Assembly (NCBI RefSeq): GCF_037042905.1
Contig: NC_087251.1
Span: 5,892,001 to 5,956,000, forward strand
Direction: 5' to 3'
DNA length: 64,000 nucleotides
From: Lytechinus pictus
Lineage: Eukaryota
Positions 25,341 to 38,570 of this stretch are shown one piece after another (the first letter of the stretch is position 1; the number at the start of each line of letters is the position of its first letter). The notes beneath the pieces are model-generated. The model ran no database searches and was not told where the DNA came from. It saw only the letters and a program-made list of their open reading frames with translations. The position numbers and the translations under genes were made by a program.

Positions 25341-28300
25341 AGGTGCAGTTTTCTGAAACGGCGGTGAGTATGAAGGCAAACGGTAGAGTCCTTTGCAATG
25401 GGCTTGGAAGGGGATGGAACCATGTTATTTATGGAAGACGTTCACGTGCCCTCAAGGTGATGGCCAAGGACCTGTGACGGGGCCTAAACGGGAGGGGAAA
25501 CCCAAATCCTCAGCATCTTCCCCAGGTCTGCTCGACCCACCAGCCTTGGACAGAGCGCGGCTCTTTCCCCAGCATTAATATCGACTAGGCTCGATGCCTT
25601 GAGAGTCCCATACCCGGGGTGTAGGCAAAGGGCAGTCAGACCCTAGTCGCAAGAGACGTGTTGACTCTGTCAGCTCTTCGCTTTTGGTGAGAGGGACACA
25701 TCACCCAGGTCTAAAGTGAGGTGCCTCGCCTGACTCCAAAACTGGTGGCATTGACTTGATGCCAGCCTTCCCGACAATCAGGATGGCGGCTGTGGAGGAT
25801 CCCTGACCAGATTCAGAGCCTCTTGTTAACCCTCTTCTGCTCTAGCGGAGCCCCCGACAGAAGAGAAGGAAGAGTGAGGTGTCACAGGAATATAAGCCCT
25901 GACTAGTCAGGTGATCCTACCTCCTCTTGCGTTAAGTCTCAGACGCTAATGAATTTAATTCATAGCGCTCTAGACCAGTGTGGGCTCGTTTCATCGAGCA
26001 CCTCACAGGTCGCATCCGCCTGTGTCCCAGCACACCATAGTGATCGGCCAAGCGTAGAAAGCTTTTCCACGCTGAAAGAATCCGCCAGTGTTACTCACGT
26101 TTCTCTGTCGCCCAGGCCAGCACAAGGGGTGACTCCCCCCGTGCATCAGGCCCTGTCTGACAGTCTAGTACAGTCATGCTGGCTCAACTAGCCATGACTG
26201 CTGGCAGTATGATGTAGTTAACCACCCCGGCAGCTCTCAGCGCTCCACGCGGGGAGGAGACTGTCCATTAAGATGACCCCCCGCAGCTTATTGATGAAGA
26301 ATACTCGTCCATCAACAAATCTTTCCATGAGACATCCATGGGCACGACTCCCTAGCCAACACCCATAGTGAGAAGCACTTGTTCGGGGGAGAGATCGCCT
26401 CTCTCCTCAAGAGGAGATTGAGGTCAAAATAGGCAAATGAGATTATGAACAATCCTCAAAGCCTCCCACCCGCAGTTCTTCCTTTCGGAAAACTGTTGAA
26501 GGCTCCCCTGAGCCGCCCCTCAGCTGCCGCCCAGCAGCTTTGCGGCAGCCTTATGCTACTGCAACAGTAAGCCACTCGTGCTAAAGACCATGAGCGTTTG
26601 TGGTTCCAGCAGAGGGAGCAAAAAATGTTAAGATGTGAACCAGATGTTTACTGACACTCCTATATTTGGTGTAACGACGGAGCAATATCACAACTTTAAT
26701 TTAAGTTGCTGCATACTCTCGAGCTCTTTGGCGTTTTACCTACCAGCTCCATGCTTTCCTTATCCCTTGATTCTCGGCATGTAGAAGGTGAATTGTCAGC
26801 ATCTTACATGGCTGGAATGGAATTAAATTTCTACTACCACCGCTACCTGCTGGGAAGCATATACCCCTTCTGTCGCAGGTTTTTCTGGGCGCCCGCTTGA
26901 GTCATCACCCCCTATTTGCGGGCCGCGGCCTTAGCTCCCTAACCACAATAAGCTGGTTGGAGCTTCAGGGTGTCATTACTCTACCTCGCTACCCTTGCGG
27001 TCAAGCTCTCCGTAATTTTTGGTGGTTCCACCTCCTCTGGTGTTCTTGAGATCTGAGGGTTTGTCCCCATCGACTCTCCCCCATTTTCTCGGCGGCCTGG
27101 GCTGCTGGATGTATTGATGTGTTATGTAACACTCCTAATCAAATCCCCTTTTAGAGGCAAAGAGCCTAGAATCTCTCCTTCTCTTTTCGCCACACCTTCT
27201 AGGGTGAAATGGAGGAGAAGAACAAGGTATACCTCCCCTAATCTTAGGGGTAGTTCCTTTACCGGGCCAGACGGAAATACCTTTCAGTACTGATTTTTCA
27301 CCGACGGCCCAGCCGCAGTCTTATCAGTTTGCCGTCTGGGGAACTAGACTAGTCGGTAATCTGGGTTTCCCCGATGCAGTCGGATAGCACCGCTAGATTT
27401 TCTGGGAGATACCATGGGGTTTATATTTGACAGTCCGCCAAGACTTTCCCAGAGCGGTGTGTTTTGTTACTGGTCATGCCAGGCATTTTTCTGCCCTAGC
27501 TCCTGTTCTTTACTGCCTCAGATCATGGCGCCGATTGGGCGTGTTTTGATATTGTCATTCCCGAACACACGATGGCACACCAAGCTAGCGTCAAGTACCT
27601 TATCCGCACATGAGCACCGGCTTTCAACCACTGCTCTGCCCCCCGTGTTGTCGGGGATGGGCTGAGGTTGGTTTACCACTCCTTGAGGATGTGTTCACAC
27701 CTCACCCTTTTGTGAAAAGTTCACTTCTTCTGAGCTAGTCTATTCTAACTTTAGCACAGTAGCGGTTTAGGGCTTATCATATGGGACTAGTCACCTGACT
27801 TCCCTTAGTGTACTACGCCCCTGTGGAGGCTTTCACACCACCCATTTGGCTTAACTCATTTTAGTTTTCGCTTCTTTTGCCGAGTAGTCTGTTTATTATT
27901 TTTATCACGGACTTATCAAGGTAGAGTACAGTGTTGCCTCACTCGGGTGTGTTATTACGGAGGCTTTCACACCTTTCCTGTGGTGTAAATTTCTCTCCTT
28001 GTGCACAGCAGTCTCTTGGGTGTAGGAGTTTGTGCGCATGTCTCTGGTTTTCAAACACAGCCAGACCTGAGCCTCCCCGGGTCGCAAGCCTCTTGTTGTG
28101 CTACACTTCGGGGGCTTTCACACCACCCCAGTATCATACCCTTCCCCTCGGCACTTGGTGCACTATAGGGGAACGATACCTATGGCTTGTTGTTGGATGA
28201 TACGATCAACTTAACGCAAGCTGTTTTGATGTGGGAGGCAATACCAGAATACCTTGTACCCTCCATGGTGCACTACCTATCTGAAGCCTAGCCTCTCCCT

Positions 28301-28859
28301 CATTATTAGGGGGAGTCTGCTGGGCTGGAGCTCACGCCATTCCGTGTACCTTAATTTCTGTCGCGGAAATAAACATCAGATTAGTCTAGGTTTTACACAT
28401 GAGGCTTTTTAGAGATGCTTGTTGTGTCTCCTCAGGTCGGGCGTGTATGAGCTCACTTCAGACTTGGCTGCCAATGCCAGTGACAACCAGTCTTAACTTG
28501 GAAGTTTTTTTGCTGCTTCGGCTGTTTTTCTTCTTGCTCATTTATTCTAACTCGAATCTAAAATATATCCTAGATTGTTGAAGTACTTGTCCCAAGTGCC
28601 CTCCAAGGAGGAAACTTGTGCATTTTTGGAGTCTCTCTCAGGCTCATGTCGCCTTAGCATTTTCCTTGTTGAGCCTAGGTTAGGCCTTCTTGATGCATCG
28701 TATTACGTGTTTATTTTTGACAAGACATAATATGTTCGCAAATCGGAACAACTCTTGTATTCTTGTACAAATCCTGCCTTTCCCACTTCTTCATTTTGGA
28801 TCGCTTGGATGATCCAAGCGGCGGGCGCAGGTGCATGGCTATTGATGCGAGGTTGGAGG

Positions 28860-28975
28860 CTCTGGATACGAAGAAGTATTCACATGTCTTGAGCACTCTT
28901 CTTCAAGGTGTTCTCCTCAAAGACATGAGATGTTCCTGGCATTTTGCCTTTCCCTTACAAATTTTTAAAAGGAAA
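28860..28975 (+). pseudogene. Possible eroded C-terminal part of the DIRS tyrosine recombinase
   Basis: LDTKKYSHVLSTLLQGVLLKDMRCSWHF resembles H..R....S.A...GV.L.DI...A.W and lies just upstream of the ICR, the canonical position; catalytic residues are not retained. Confidence 0.4.
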
Positions 28976-31099
28976 ATTCCTCGGCTGAGGAGAGCTTGCG
29001 CCCTCAGCCTTGAAAGCAGCGGCCTCCGCATCTACATCTCCCTTGAACTTAGTTACTTCCTTTTTGTGACATGCCTCCCATGGTTATCTGTGCCAGTCTA
29101 GCAAAGTAGATGGATACATCCCAATTATTGAAGTAAATCATGAAAATACCTCCCTGATTTTCATATTTACGAGATAATCGGATGTATCCATGTACTATCC
29201 TGCCCTCCGTCCCCTCGCCTTGCGTGGATACATGTCACTTTTGCGAGTGCTTAAAGAGGAGGTTTAACGTACATGCTAGCATGAGATAGATGTGAGCGGA
29301 AGTAGACATAGGTTTGCCGGGAGGTGGCACTATCGCACAAAGAAATATGTGTACATATATATTCGAGGGTAGTCCATGAAACATGAACTAGCAAAGTAGA
29401 TGGATACATCTTATTATCTCGTAAATAAGAAAATATGGTATTTTCATGATTTCCCCTAAAATTCATATAAATAGTGAGGACTTGGTATACAGGTACTAAA
29501 TCCGTAAGATCCCTGATTGAAATTTACTACTATCCTTTTATGAATCATACACCATTTAAGATTTAGAGCTTATCTCTTCATCTTCCTGTGACTTTGCCTA
29601 TTGTATACAAATATATCAACTCTCTCACTCATGAGATGAAACATATCTTTTCTATCCTTTTTTTCATATTCAAGTTTCAAATATTCCAAATGTAATTTCA
29701 GTAAACATGTACAAAATCATGAATATGGTCATCTGTATGGGATTTTTTTTTTTTTACATGTGTAGCTCTCCCTCCCGCTTTCAGGTTGATATCTTGGAGA
29801 GGGGAAACTTTTCGAAAATTGCAAAATGGAAAAGAAAGCATAAAGGAATAAACATTGAAATTTGGGAGGGATGAAAGAAGAAATATGAGGGGTTAGGGGG
29901 AAACAGAGAGATAATTTTTTTCAGAGAACTGAGCATCCCACTCTCCCAGGTCAGTATGACCCCTGTAAGGTCAAGGTTACCTAGTGACGCTTGCTTGTAT
30001 GCTACTGCTTAATCACTGTAAATGTGCAAATCATCTTCATGGAAAGAAAATTGACGGGTCTTGGTTGGCCAGGTTTGATGCTCATCCAAGCAAACTTCAG
30101 ACGCTGTTATTTTTTCATCAACCTATCTCTAGCTCTTTGTCAATCAATAACCCTCTTGAGAGAGCGTTGGCCATAAATCATTTCAGGATGAACTTGAATT
30201 TAAAGCAGCTTCATGTTTTCTGTTTTAAAAAAGGGTCAAGCGATTCGGAAAGATGAACAAAATTTTGGCTTTTTGAAATTTAAAGTATCATTACTAAAAA
30301 CTGTAAGAGTACAATAGTGTGAAATTATGAAGAAGGTGTATTATATCGAGCATACACCTCCTCCCCCACTAACACGCAAACACACTTTTTGAAGTTAGTA
30401 TAAAATATATCTAGGAACTGACTCCAGCAACAGTAGGCCTATGTCTGTTGTATTTTTTTCTGGGCTCTCTTTCTTTTATTCTTTCCATCATTTTTTTGGG
30501 TGCTAAATATGGCTAAAAGCAGCTTATGTCATTATCAGGGATATTGAAATTTCCCATATTGCAAAAAGACATTTAAAGTCAAAAGTGGTATCCATAATTT
30601 TATGTGCGTTATTACTTCCTAACTCTTTTTTAAGTTCCTTGCCTCCTTATTGATAAGAGAGTTAATCTATGCTAATTGTATTAGACATGCTTCTGTCATG
30701 GCAGATATTTGGTAACTCATACTTGTTTTGTTACCATTGTGTTGTTATCATTATTAAATCATCATCATTATCCAAAGTAGATCTTAACAGAGTTTTGGCA
30801 ACATCATCGTAGTCGTTGAATCATGTATGTCATTGAATCATGTATTTGGAGTAAAACTTTGTGAAAATATATTTTGGTTAATATAGTTTTGAAAAAGCAG
30901 TAGATTGTATTTAAGGAGAGTAAGTAAGCAGTATGTGATGAAGATGCTTGAAAAGCAGTAAACTACTGCCAAAAGGTGTAGAATTGGCTACTATATATAA
31001 AAGGACATATTTTGATTATACAAAAAATACCTGTCTCTAAATTAAGTGTGATGACCAGATTGTATATTGGTTTTAAAAAAGGTCATGATATCGTCTATG

Positions 31100-32480
31100 A
31101 TATTATGAACCGGCTCAAACCTAATTTTGGGTCAAATTTTCGAAATTTATTTTTTGCATATTCTGAAAGCCTGTGATTCACTATTGATTTGCCAAATTTC
31201 AGATCAATTTTTGTATTATTTAAAGAATGAGAGCATATTGAAATTTATTACGAATAATCTCAACCCCATCCTTTGATTTTACAAACTGGCTCAAACCATT
31301 TTATGTGTACTATAAAGTCTCTTGGAATGGCATGCACAGGTCAAAGACCCGACCAAGATGCGTCTACAAAAACGTGCATGGCATGAATGATAATACAAAC
31401 TGGCTCAAACCATGGTTTGTGCTGTCAAAAAACAGTGCGCATGGTATGCATGATTTTACGAAGTGACTCAAACCCCTTTTTGTCTCGCCCACCAGAGGTG
31501 AAGGCGAGACTTAGGGATCCAAATGTCGTCCGCCGTCCTTATGACACATAACTCCACAACCGTAAGTCACTTTTCAACCAAGACCTGGATGTTACGCTGC
31601 AGTCGGAGGTCACATGGTAAGGTCAAAGGTCATTTTCAGGTCAACGTTAAAGTTTACATGCAAGACTCTCTTATGACACCTAACTCTGCAACCGCAAGTC
31701 ACTTTTCAACCAAACTTGGATGGTAGATGGACTTGGGGGACCTGCATGTTAGGCTGCAGTCGGAGGTCACATGGTAAGGTCAAAGGTCATTTTCAGGTCA
31801 ACGTTAGAGTTTACATACAAGACTCTCTTATGACACCCAACTCCGCAACCGTAAGTCACTTTTCAACCAAACTTGGATGGTAGATGGACTTGGGGGACCT
31901 GCATTTTATGCTGCAGTCGGAGGTCACATGGTAAGGTCAAAGGTCATTTTCAGGTCAACGTTAAAGTTAACATGCAAGGCTCTCTTATGACACCTAACTC
32001 CGCAAATGTAAGTCACTTTTCAACCAAACTTGGATGGTAGATGTACTTAGACGACCTGCATGTTATGCTGCAGTCAGAGGTCACATGGTAAGGTCAAAGG
32101 TTATTTTCAGGTCAACATTAAAGTTTACGTGCAAGGCTCTTATGACAAGTGTTATTCCATCCCAGTCATTTCAAAATGAAGTCTCGATACAATTCTGTTG
32201 CGTGCCCTCGCAAATCACGATATTTCTGGTTATTTTCATAAGTGGGCGAGACACAAAATCGCTTTTGCCTTGGTTTGTAGAAATTAGTAGCTTTGGAATG
32301 TATACATGCGCTTTAATTCAAATATTGAAGGAATGAATACGAACTGCGGACAAAATTTTGTTAATTATAAAAGCGCAAAGTTATGAGCGTCTGAAAAACA
32401 TACAAACTCAAACTTTGAATGTGATTATCCCAAAATCATGTTTTGGAGACCAGCCGAGGTTTGAGCCAGCTCATAAAATT
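31100..32480. mobile_element. Non-autonomous TIR element hosting a Helentron-type insertion
   Basis: ttatgaaccggctcaaacct (31103) vs aggtttgagccagctcataa (32457), 18/20 inverted match; motif repeated internally near 31280, 31395 and 31455; TSD not resolved. Confidence 0.55.
31477..32276 (+). mobile_element. Non-autonomous Helentron-type element, family B copy 1, four 157-bp tandem units
   Basis: T-run insertion; subterminal inverted repeats tgtctcgcccac / gtgggcgagaca; 5' IR ggcgagac; gtcc-type microsatellite remnant; 3' mini-hairpin caaaa-tcgc-ttttg; unit marker aaggtcaaagg at 31619, 31776, 31933, 32090. Confidence 0.85.
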
Positions 32481-32988
32481 ATTGAGATATAAGGACAGTG
32501 TACTGTACATTATTGTTGCTGGGCTGATAAAACCTTGTATCTTAAAATTCGAACATTTGGAGGGCAGCTTAGAAAAGGCTTTATCTTAAAAAAATGTAGG
32601 GGTGGTGGCAGTCTCATATTGCCTGAAAACAGTCTCCTGACACCTGTGAAGAACTCTTTTGAGGCAAAAGAAAGTTGCCACCCATGTTATAAATCTAAAA
32701 GCTGGGCTTATTCTGAGCTATCATCAAAACATTTAACGTTTGAGATACAATGTTTTATCCTGTTGAAGAGACTTTTTCTGATTTCTTTCAATAGTCCTTC
32801 AAACTTTTCCATATTGTTATCAAAATAACTTGCACCATCAGCTATTCCTCCTGGTATTACTCTACCCCCCCCCTCTTAAAGATCTTGCCATTGATTTTAT
32901 ACTGATAAATAAATCTTTTCTTATATCTAAGTCATTGCTATATTATTCTCTCCTCTTTTAGAATTCTAGGAAAACCCTTTAAAATGTA

Positions 32989-34629
32989 GGGGAGACCAGG
33001 GTTAGTTGGAACACGGGGTAAGTTGAAACATTGTAATCTTCTTTAACGTCTTTAAATAGATTTCTGCAATACTGCCCTCAATTTATTGTCATTATCAACA
33101 GCCATCCACCATATTACAGACAACACATGTGCAACAAGCCTGGTGAAGTTAGAAAGGAATTTTTGTTTTGTGACCTTCTGAGTAAATTTTTTCTCTTTCA
33201 GAAATATTTTATTATCTCAGAGAAGTTTATAGATCAAGTTGGGGGTATAATAGACACTTGTACAAAATGAGGTTATTAATATGCCATGGTGAAGTCCCTT
33301 TTTTGTGCTGTAAGCTTTTAAATGTCAAATGGGCCTCCGGAACAAAATTGAAGGGGCTAGTTGGAATATGTTCCAATTTACCCCAAACATAATTATGAAT
33401 AAAAACATTGGATATGAAAAAATATATAAGTATTTCACACTCTTCTGGACATGTATTGTATACCATGCTTGTTTTGTTTATCAGTTAGGTCTGAGTGTGC
33501 ATTTAAGGCCTATTGTAGGCCCCTAATGCAATATTAACCCTTATCAAACTGGGGGGTCTATTTTTGAGCCCCCCCCCCCTCAAGAAATTTAATCACTACG
33601 CCGTCACGCAAAATTTTGTGACTACACTGCTCGCTGACTTTTTACTTTTGAATCTTGCGCATCATTTGAGACCAAATTTGCGATGCCTGTGTGCGCGGTT
33701 TCTAAATCAAGCAACATTTTGTACGTGCATGTCGGACCCAAATTGCTCAAAAACGCGATTCCATGTACAACGTCAATGCAAATTGTGTTTTTCAACCAAA
33801 AGTCATAAATGTATGATTATTTTTTACTTTTGTTGGTTCAAATGGATTTATTTTATGCTATTTAGGATCGCAAAAGAGTCCCGACAAAGTTCATTGGAAA
33901 AAAACAAAGGTTCGAAAAAACAAAGAAATACAAATAAAAAAAACAAAAAATACATAAGAAATTATATTTTTTGCAATTTTAGGTGGATATTTGTTATAAA
34001 TGTGAAAATTGATACTCTCACCAAAAATTAGCATTCTACTAGCTTAATAAATAGAGTTAAAGGCAAAAACATACCAAAAAAAACAAACTTTGGGCAAATT
34101 TCATATGCTTATTTGCGTAATTAATAAAAAATAAAAAAAAATTGGTCTTGTAAATTTTATGCAGAAGTACATGAAATTGCTGATAGTACACTCAATTGCA
34201 TGTAAAATCAAACACACCCAAATATGTGGAATTCTGCACAGTCTGCTTGCGTGAGTGGCTGTATAATAGAAAACATAAAGTTCAACAAATCCACACTTTG
34301 AATATTTTTTTACTTAAAAAAATAAAGCAAATAGTCTAAAACCATGTGATATTACAGTTTTAAGTAGTTTTAGTATAATTCTCAATTGACCATGCAGTGT
34401 TCCAACTTACCATGTTCCAACTTACCACGTATTGGGGTAAGTTGGAACGTTTGTGATGTGTTGTTCAAGGTAGATTTTTTTTTAGTAACCATAATAGAGA
34501 TTTTATGGGGTACATTTGAAGCCCTTAGATATATCATATATGCTTCAAGCTGATTGTTTCTCGAATAAAATCTGTTTGGATTTTACAGCCATTTTTGTCA
34601 AAAATGTTCCAACTAACCCCGATCTCCCC
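32989..34629. mobile_element. TA-flanked MITE (Tc1/mariner/pogo-like)
   Basis: TIRs ggggagaccagggttagttggaaca / tgttccaactaaccccgatctcccc; TA at 32987-88 and 34630-31; subterminal gtaagttggaac repeats. Confidence 0.8.
33534..34160. mobile_element. Probable piggyBac-like non-autonomous fragment nested in the MITE
   Basis: Starts TTAA|CCCT followed by gggggg...cccccc and a CpG-rich body; right end uncertain (a weak candidate atagagttaa ends at 34060). Confidence 0.4.
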
Positions 34630-35769
34630 TATTCCTGACACAATAATTGTTTATAATTCAGTCATTCCGCAGTAGTATACATTTCAATTTCAAATTAGAT
34701 CAATGTATGATATGGAGAATATTTTAAGAAGGAAGAAACGTTTACTGATCCTGATGATACAATGAAATATTAATTTTGAATTGATTATGATTGTGTGTTA
34801 TTGTTTTTGTCAATGATTTCTCTCTGTCTTTTCTATTTTGGATATCTTGGAATGTTCTCAAACTATTACTTGAGGATATGCTGTAGAAAAAAAGGGGGGA
34901 GTACTATGTTTCATTCATGTATTCTGCACTCTTTTTCATGGACACCTCAGCTTTAGCCTCTCACCGAACAAATTTTTTTCAAGAGGGTATTGAAAGGAGA
35001 TACTGTGAGTGAGATGACATGTTTAACCATAATATTCATCAACCCATCCATGTATTGAAGAGCCTGCCCTCGCCCTCCAATCAAGGGTTAGGTACGATCG
35101 GATCATGCTATTGAATCACAGACATGTCCAGACATGTCTGAACCTTACGTGAGATGTCACATGAGCTTCAATCTGCTCCAAACCATACATTCTTCATTAT
35201 TCCCATCCATTTCTTATACTATCCTTCTAGTGTTTTCTATGAGATGCTTATGTCATCCACCTTTTGTGCAAGGACATTTATGTGTTTCTTTAACCAAAAC
35301 TATTATTTCAAGAAAAATGCTTTCATCCAAAATAAATTCAGATAGATATTGAAATTGTGAAGTAAACTACCTTTTCTCCCCTTTTTCATGATCATCCATT
35401 ATGTGATCATCTAGGCACCTGTGTTTTCAACTTTCCTCTTTTATATAACACTTAATAATCAAAATCTTTCTGCTTCATAAGATTCTATATTTACTCTCAA
35501 ATGTCTTTAATAACAGATGGAATTCATTATTATGCATTAGCTACTGTGTTAGAATCGACATTTATTCATACTTAAAGGAACCTGGATGAAATATCTTAGT
35601 TCAAATTTTTTATCAGATCACTGTAGTAGAAATTATGTACATTTTATTTGTAATATTAAATAAAGAGTTACCACTTCAGAAATGAAAATATTCTATCAAT
35701 GGGCCGTACAAAGAGTTATTATTAAACTTCTCCAGTCTAAAAGTTGTGTGCGAAGCAAGAAGGCTGGTG

Positions 35770-35865
35770 TTTCCATTTTTTATGAGTCTTTGGTATGATT
35801 GGGCAGGGGACTCAACCCACAACCTACCATGCATAAAGTTGGCCCATTAAGCCACTGAGTCGCCA
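35770..35865 (-). mobile_element. Highly degenerate tRNA-derived SINE head
   Basis: Minus strand reads ctcagtggcttaatgg...gtgggttgagtccc...tcataccaaagactcataaaaaatgg, resembling A/B boxes and a SINE body start. Confidence 0.35.
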
Positions 35866-36837
35866 CAGCTGGCTCCCCCCTCCCGGTTTTAGCACAAACA
35901 TTGAAATTCATGACAGAATAATTAGTGAGCTCAAAGCCAATAAAGAAGTTGTAGGTAATTTATTTTTCTGGATTCTTTGTAAGCTTGGATTCATTTTCTC
36001 ATATTTTACTCCATCAGATGCAATATTATTGTTTCTTTCAAATATATAGTTAAAATCAGATGAGGTTGATCTTGCTCCCCTATTGGCTTACCTCATGCTG
36101 TGCCACTCAAATTATGCTACCAACCTCTCTCAAATCTAGAAGATGGTGATATATCTGAAAATGAACTTAACAAGTGGATGTTCCTGGAAACTGATTTGAC
36201 TATAATCTGGTTTCAGTACGTTCCTATCTACTCTAGATTTTACATTTTCATTTCTAGAATACATGAATGCTCCAAAACTTGTGTTTCAAATTGTGAATTT
36301 TCCCCCAATGAAGACATGAGGATATAGAAGAAGGCTTAGTGATGATTTTACATGGAATGAATTTTTATTGATGTATTATATTATTTTACCTATTTTTTTT
36401 TACGTGCTTTGTTCTGTACTAGAAGAATGGAAAGAATTTCTTTTTAATTCATAATTGCTTCTTAATGTATTGGAAATGAAATTTACATTAATGTCAATAC
36501 ATTAGATGAATTCACAGTGAAATATATCTGTATTAAATTGCAAACTAGCTTGTGAACACATTCAGCAAGTATAGAGAAGTACAAATCTCATCTCTTCCTT
36601 TATCCTGTTGCATGTAGATCATATTGAACACATTTTTGTACATCATCATTCATTTGAAATGATGTCCAAAGTAGAGACATGACATAGCTGTGAACTACAT
36701 ACATAAATTGATCTGTTCTACTTATCTCAACAAGTTGATTTTGTCAGACATATCCATGGGTTTTGTAGCCTTCATAATCATAATTTCTTAGAATGTTTTT
36801 GCCAAGTGTCTGACTGGTACTTATTTCTTACTACCTA

Positions 36838-38570
36838 CACTCTAAGTTTTTATTAGTCAAGCGGGGGCAAAGATTTGTCAAACTTGCAGTAAAAATTTGT
36901 CATGCCATCATGACGATCACTTTATGTCAATTGACAAATCACTTTATAGTTTGACAAATTAAAAATCGGGAAACACCAATTCACGTCTCTACGTTACGAA
37001 TGTAAATCCTGCTTTGACAAACTACTTTAACTGACGAATCCAACAAGCACGAATTGACAAATGGATATTGTCAGTCCGATTGCACACGACGAATCTTATC
37101 AGACTTGACAAATTGAGGGACGAATTTAGACGTACAATACAAATTTTGGAAGGAAAGTTTTTGACAAATTTAAAACGGGTTTCCTTATCTTAAAAGATTT
37201 GTCATAATTCACATCGTGCGCATGCGCCCTGGAGATCGAGAGCAAATTTTTTGGTATCGCCATTCGATCGCAAACTCTCGCTTCCCTCACTGCACTGTCT
37301 CCAGGGACCAGGCCCGGCACTTCAGATCCTACCTGCAGTGACATCGACGTAGAACAACGGGTATGCACAACTTAATTTTTAATTGTCACGCAAATATTGA
37401 CAGTTACAGAGCTGTATAGACCTAACTGTTGCACATGTAGACTGTACTAGGCTGTATTAAAGTTCTCTATTGCCTGGCGCTGGCTGCTTACGGTCTGTAG
37501 CCAGGCCGGCATAGGCCTACCGGTACCGGTAGCACTAACGTTAGGCTCTAACCACTGGATGCAATAGCAATACACACAGGGTTTTTTCGAATTATAAATA
37601 GGCCTAGCTCTAGATCTAACGTTAGATCTATATGCAAGGAAGTTTGATGTTCTGAGTCTGACCCCTTTCGTGGTCTGATGCCGTCGGACTAAAGTCACAA
37701 CAGTTAGGCCTATTCTAGCTTCATCTTTTTCTATCTCTAGACTAGATCTAGATCTAACGTTAAACTCCTATCTAACGTTCTAGATCTATATCTAACTTTA
37801 GGTCTAATGTTAGACTAGTCTACATAATTAGAACTCTAACTTAGTGATGTAGATCTACTAGATCTAACGTTTGACCTAACGTTAGAATCTAACTTAGATC
37901 TACTAGTTAAAACTTAAAGTTCCACTTCATCAGTTACCCACTCGTATTCGTAACTAGAGGTCTAGACCTAAGACTAGAGTTAGGCTAGGTCCTATTCTGC
38001 ATGGAGTGTAGGCCTAGATCTAGGGTCTAGATCTCTATTTTTTTTTTAATTTGATAGAGTCTAGAATTCTAGGTTAGATCTAAATAAGTTAGAATCTAGT
38101 CTTGCATTTCGGATCACACACATTATTAAGTAATCTAGATCTAGAGTTACATGTGCAACAGTTAGGTTTATACAGCTCTAATGTATTAACTGTCAATATT
38201 TGTGTGACAATAAGTTGTGCATGCCATGACAACTCTGTTGTCAGCGACATAAACGATTAGTCATGCAGTGGGTTTCCGTGCAGTGCTAAATGACAAATTA
38301 ATTTTCATACATTACAAATTAATTTCCATGCATGACATACTGATTTTTTTGCATGACGAATCAAAATGGAAATTTGTCAAATAAGACCACTTTTCATTAC
38401 GAATTAAAATTTGTCTAATGACAAATCTTTTCCCATAAATACTTGACGAATTAAATTTGTCAAGGAAATCTGCTTGCATGACAAATTTATTTGACAAATT
38501 CAAAGTTTGTCAAATAAGACCATGTTTTGACGATTTTTTTTTGTCAATTGACTAGGTATTTTTAAGAGTG
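36838..38570. mobile_element. Non-autonomous CACTA/EnSpm(CMC)-like element
   Basis: TA|CACTCT...AGAGTG|TA ends; many subterminal ttgacaaa/tttgtcaa motifs in both arms; inner inverted repeat of about 80 bp (37363-37443 / 38145-38222). Confidence 0.7.

Larger units (their letters stand above)
24066..29455 (+). mobile_element. Degenerate DIRS1-type tyrosine-recombinase retrotransposon
   Basis: Inverted terminal repeats of about 145-155 bp (24080-24223 vs 29255-29410); internal complementary region at 29098-29190 whose halves are complementary to the left terminus and to the right-terminal extension; GC-rich interior; recombinase remnants. Confidence 0.9.

Noticed and set aside
33564..34031. 155-aa ORF, the longest in the window
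   Set aside because: Non-ATG start, lies within a non-autonomous repeat, low-complexity Lys/Asn tail, no transposase motif.
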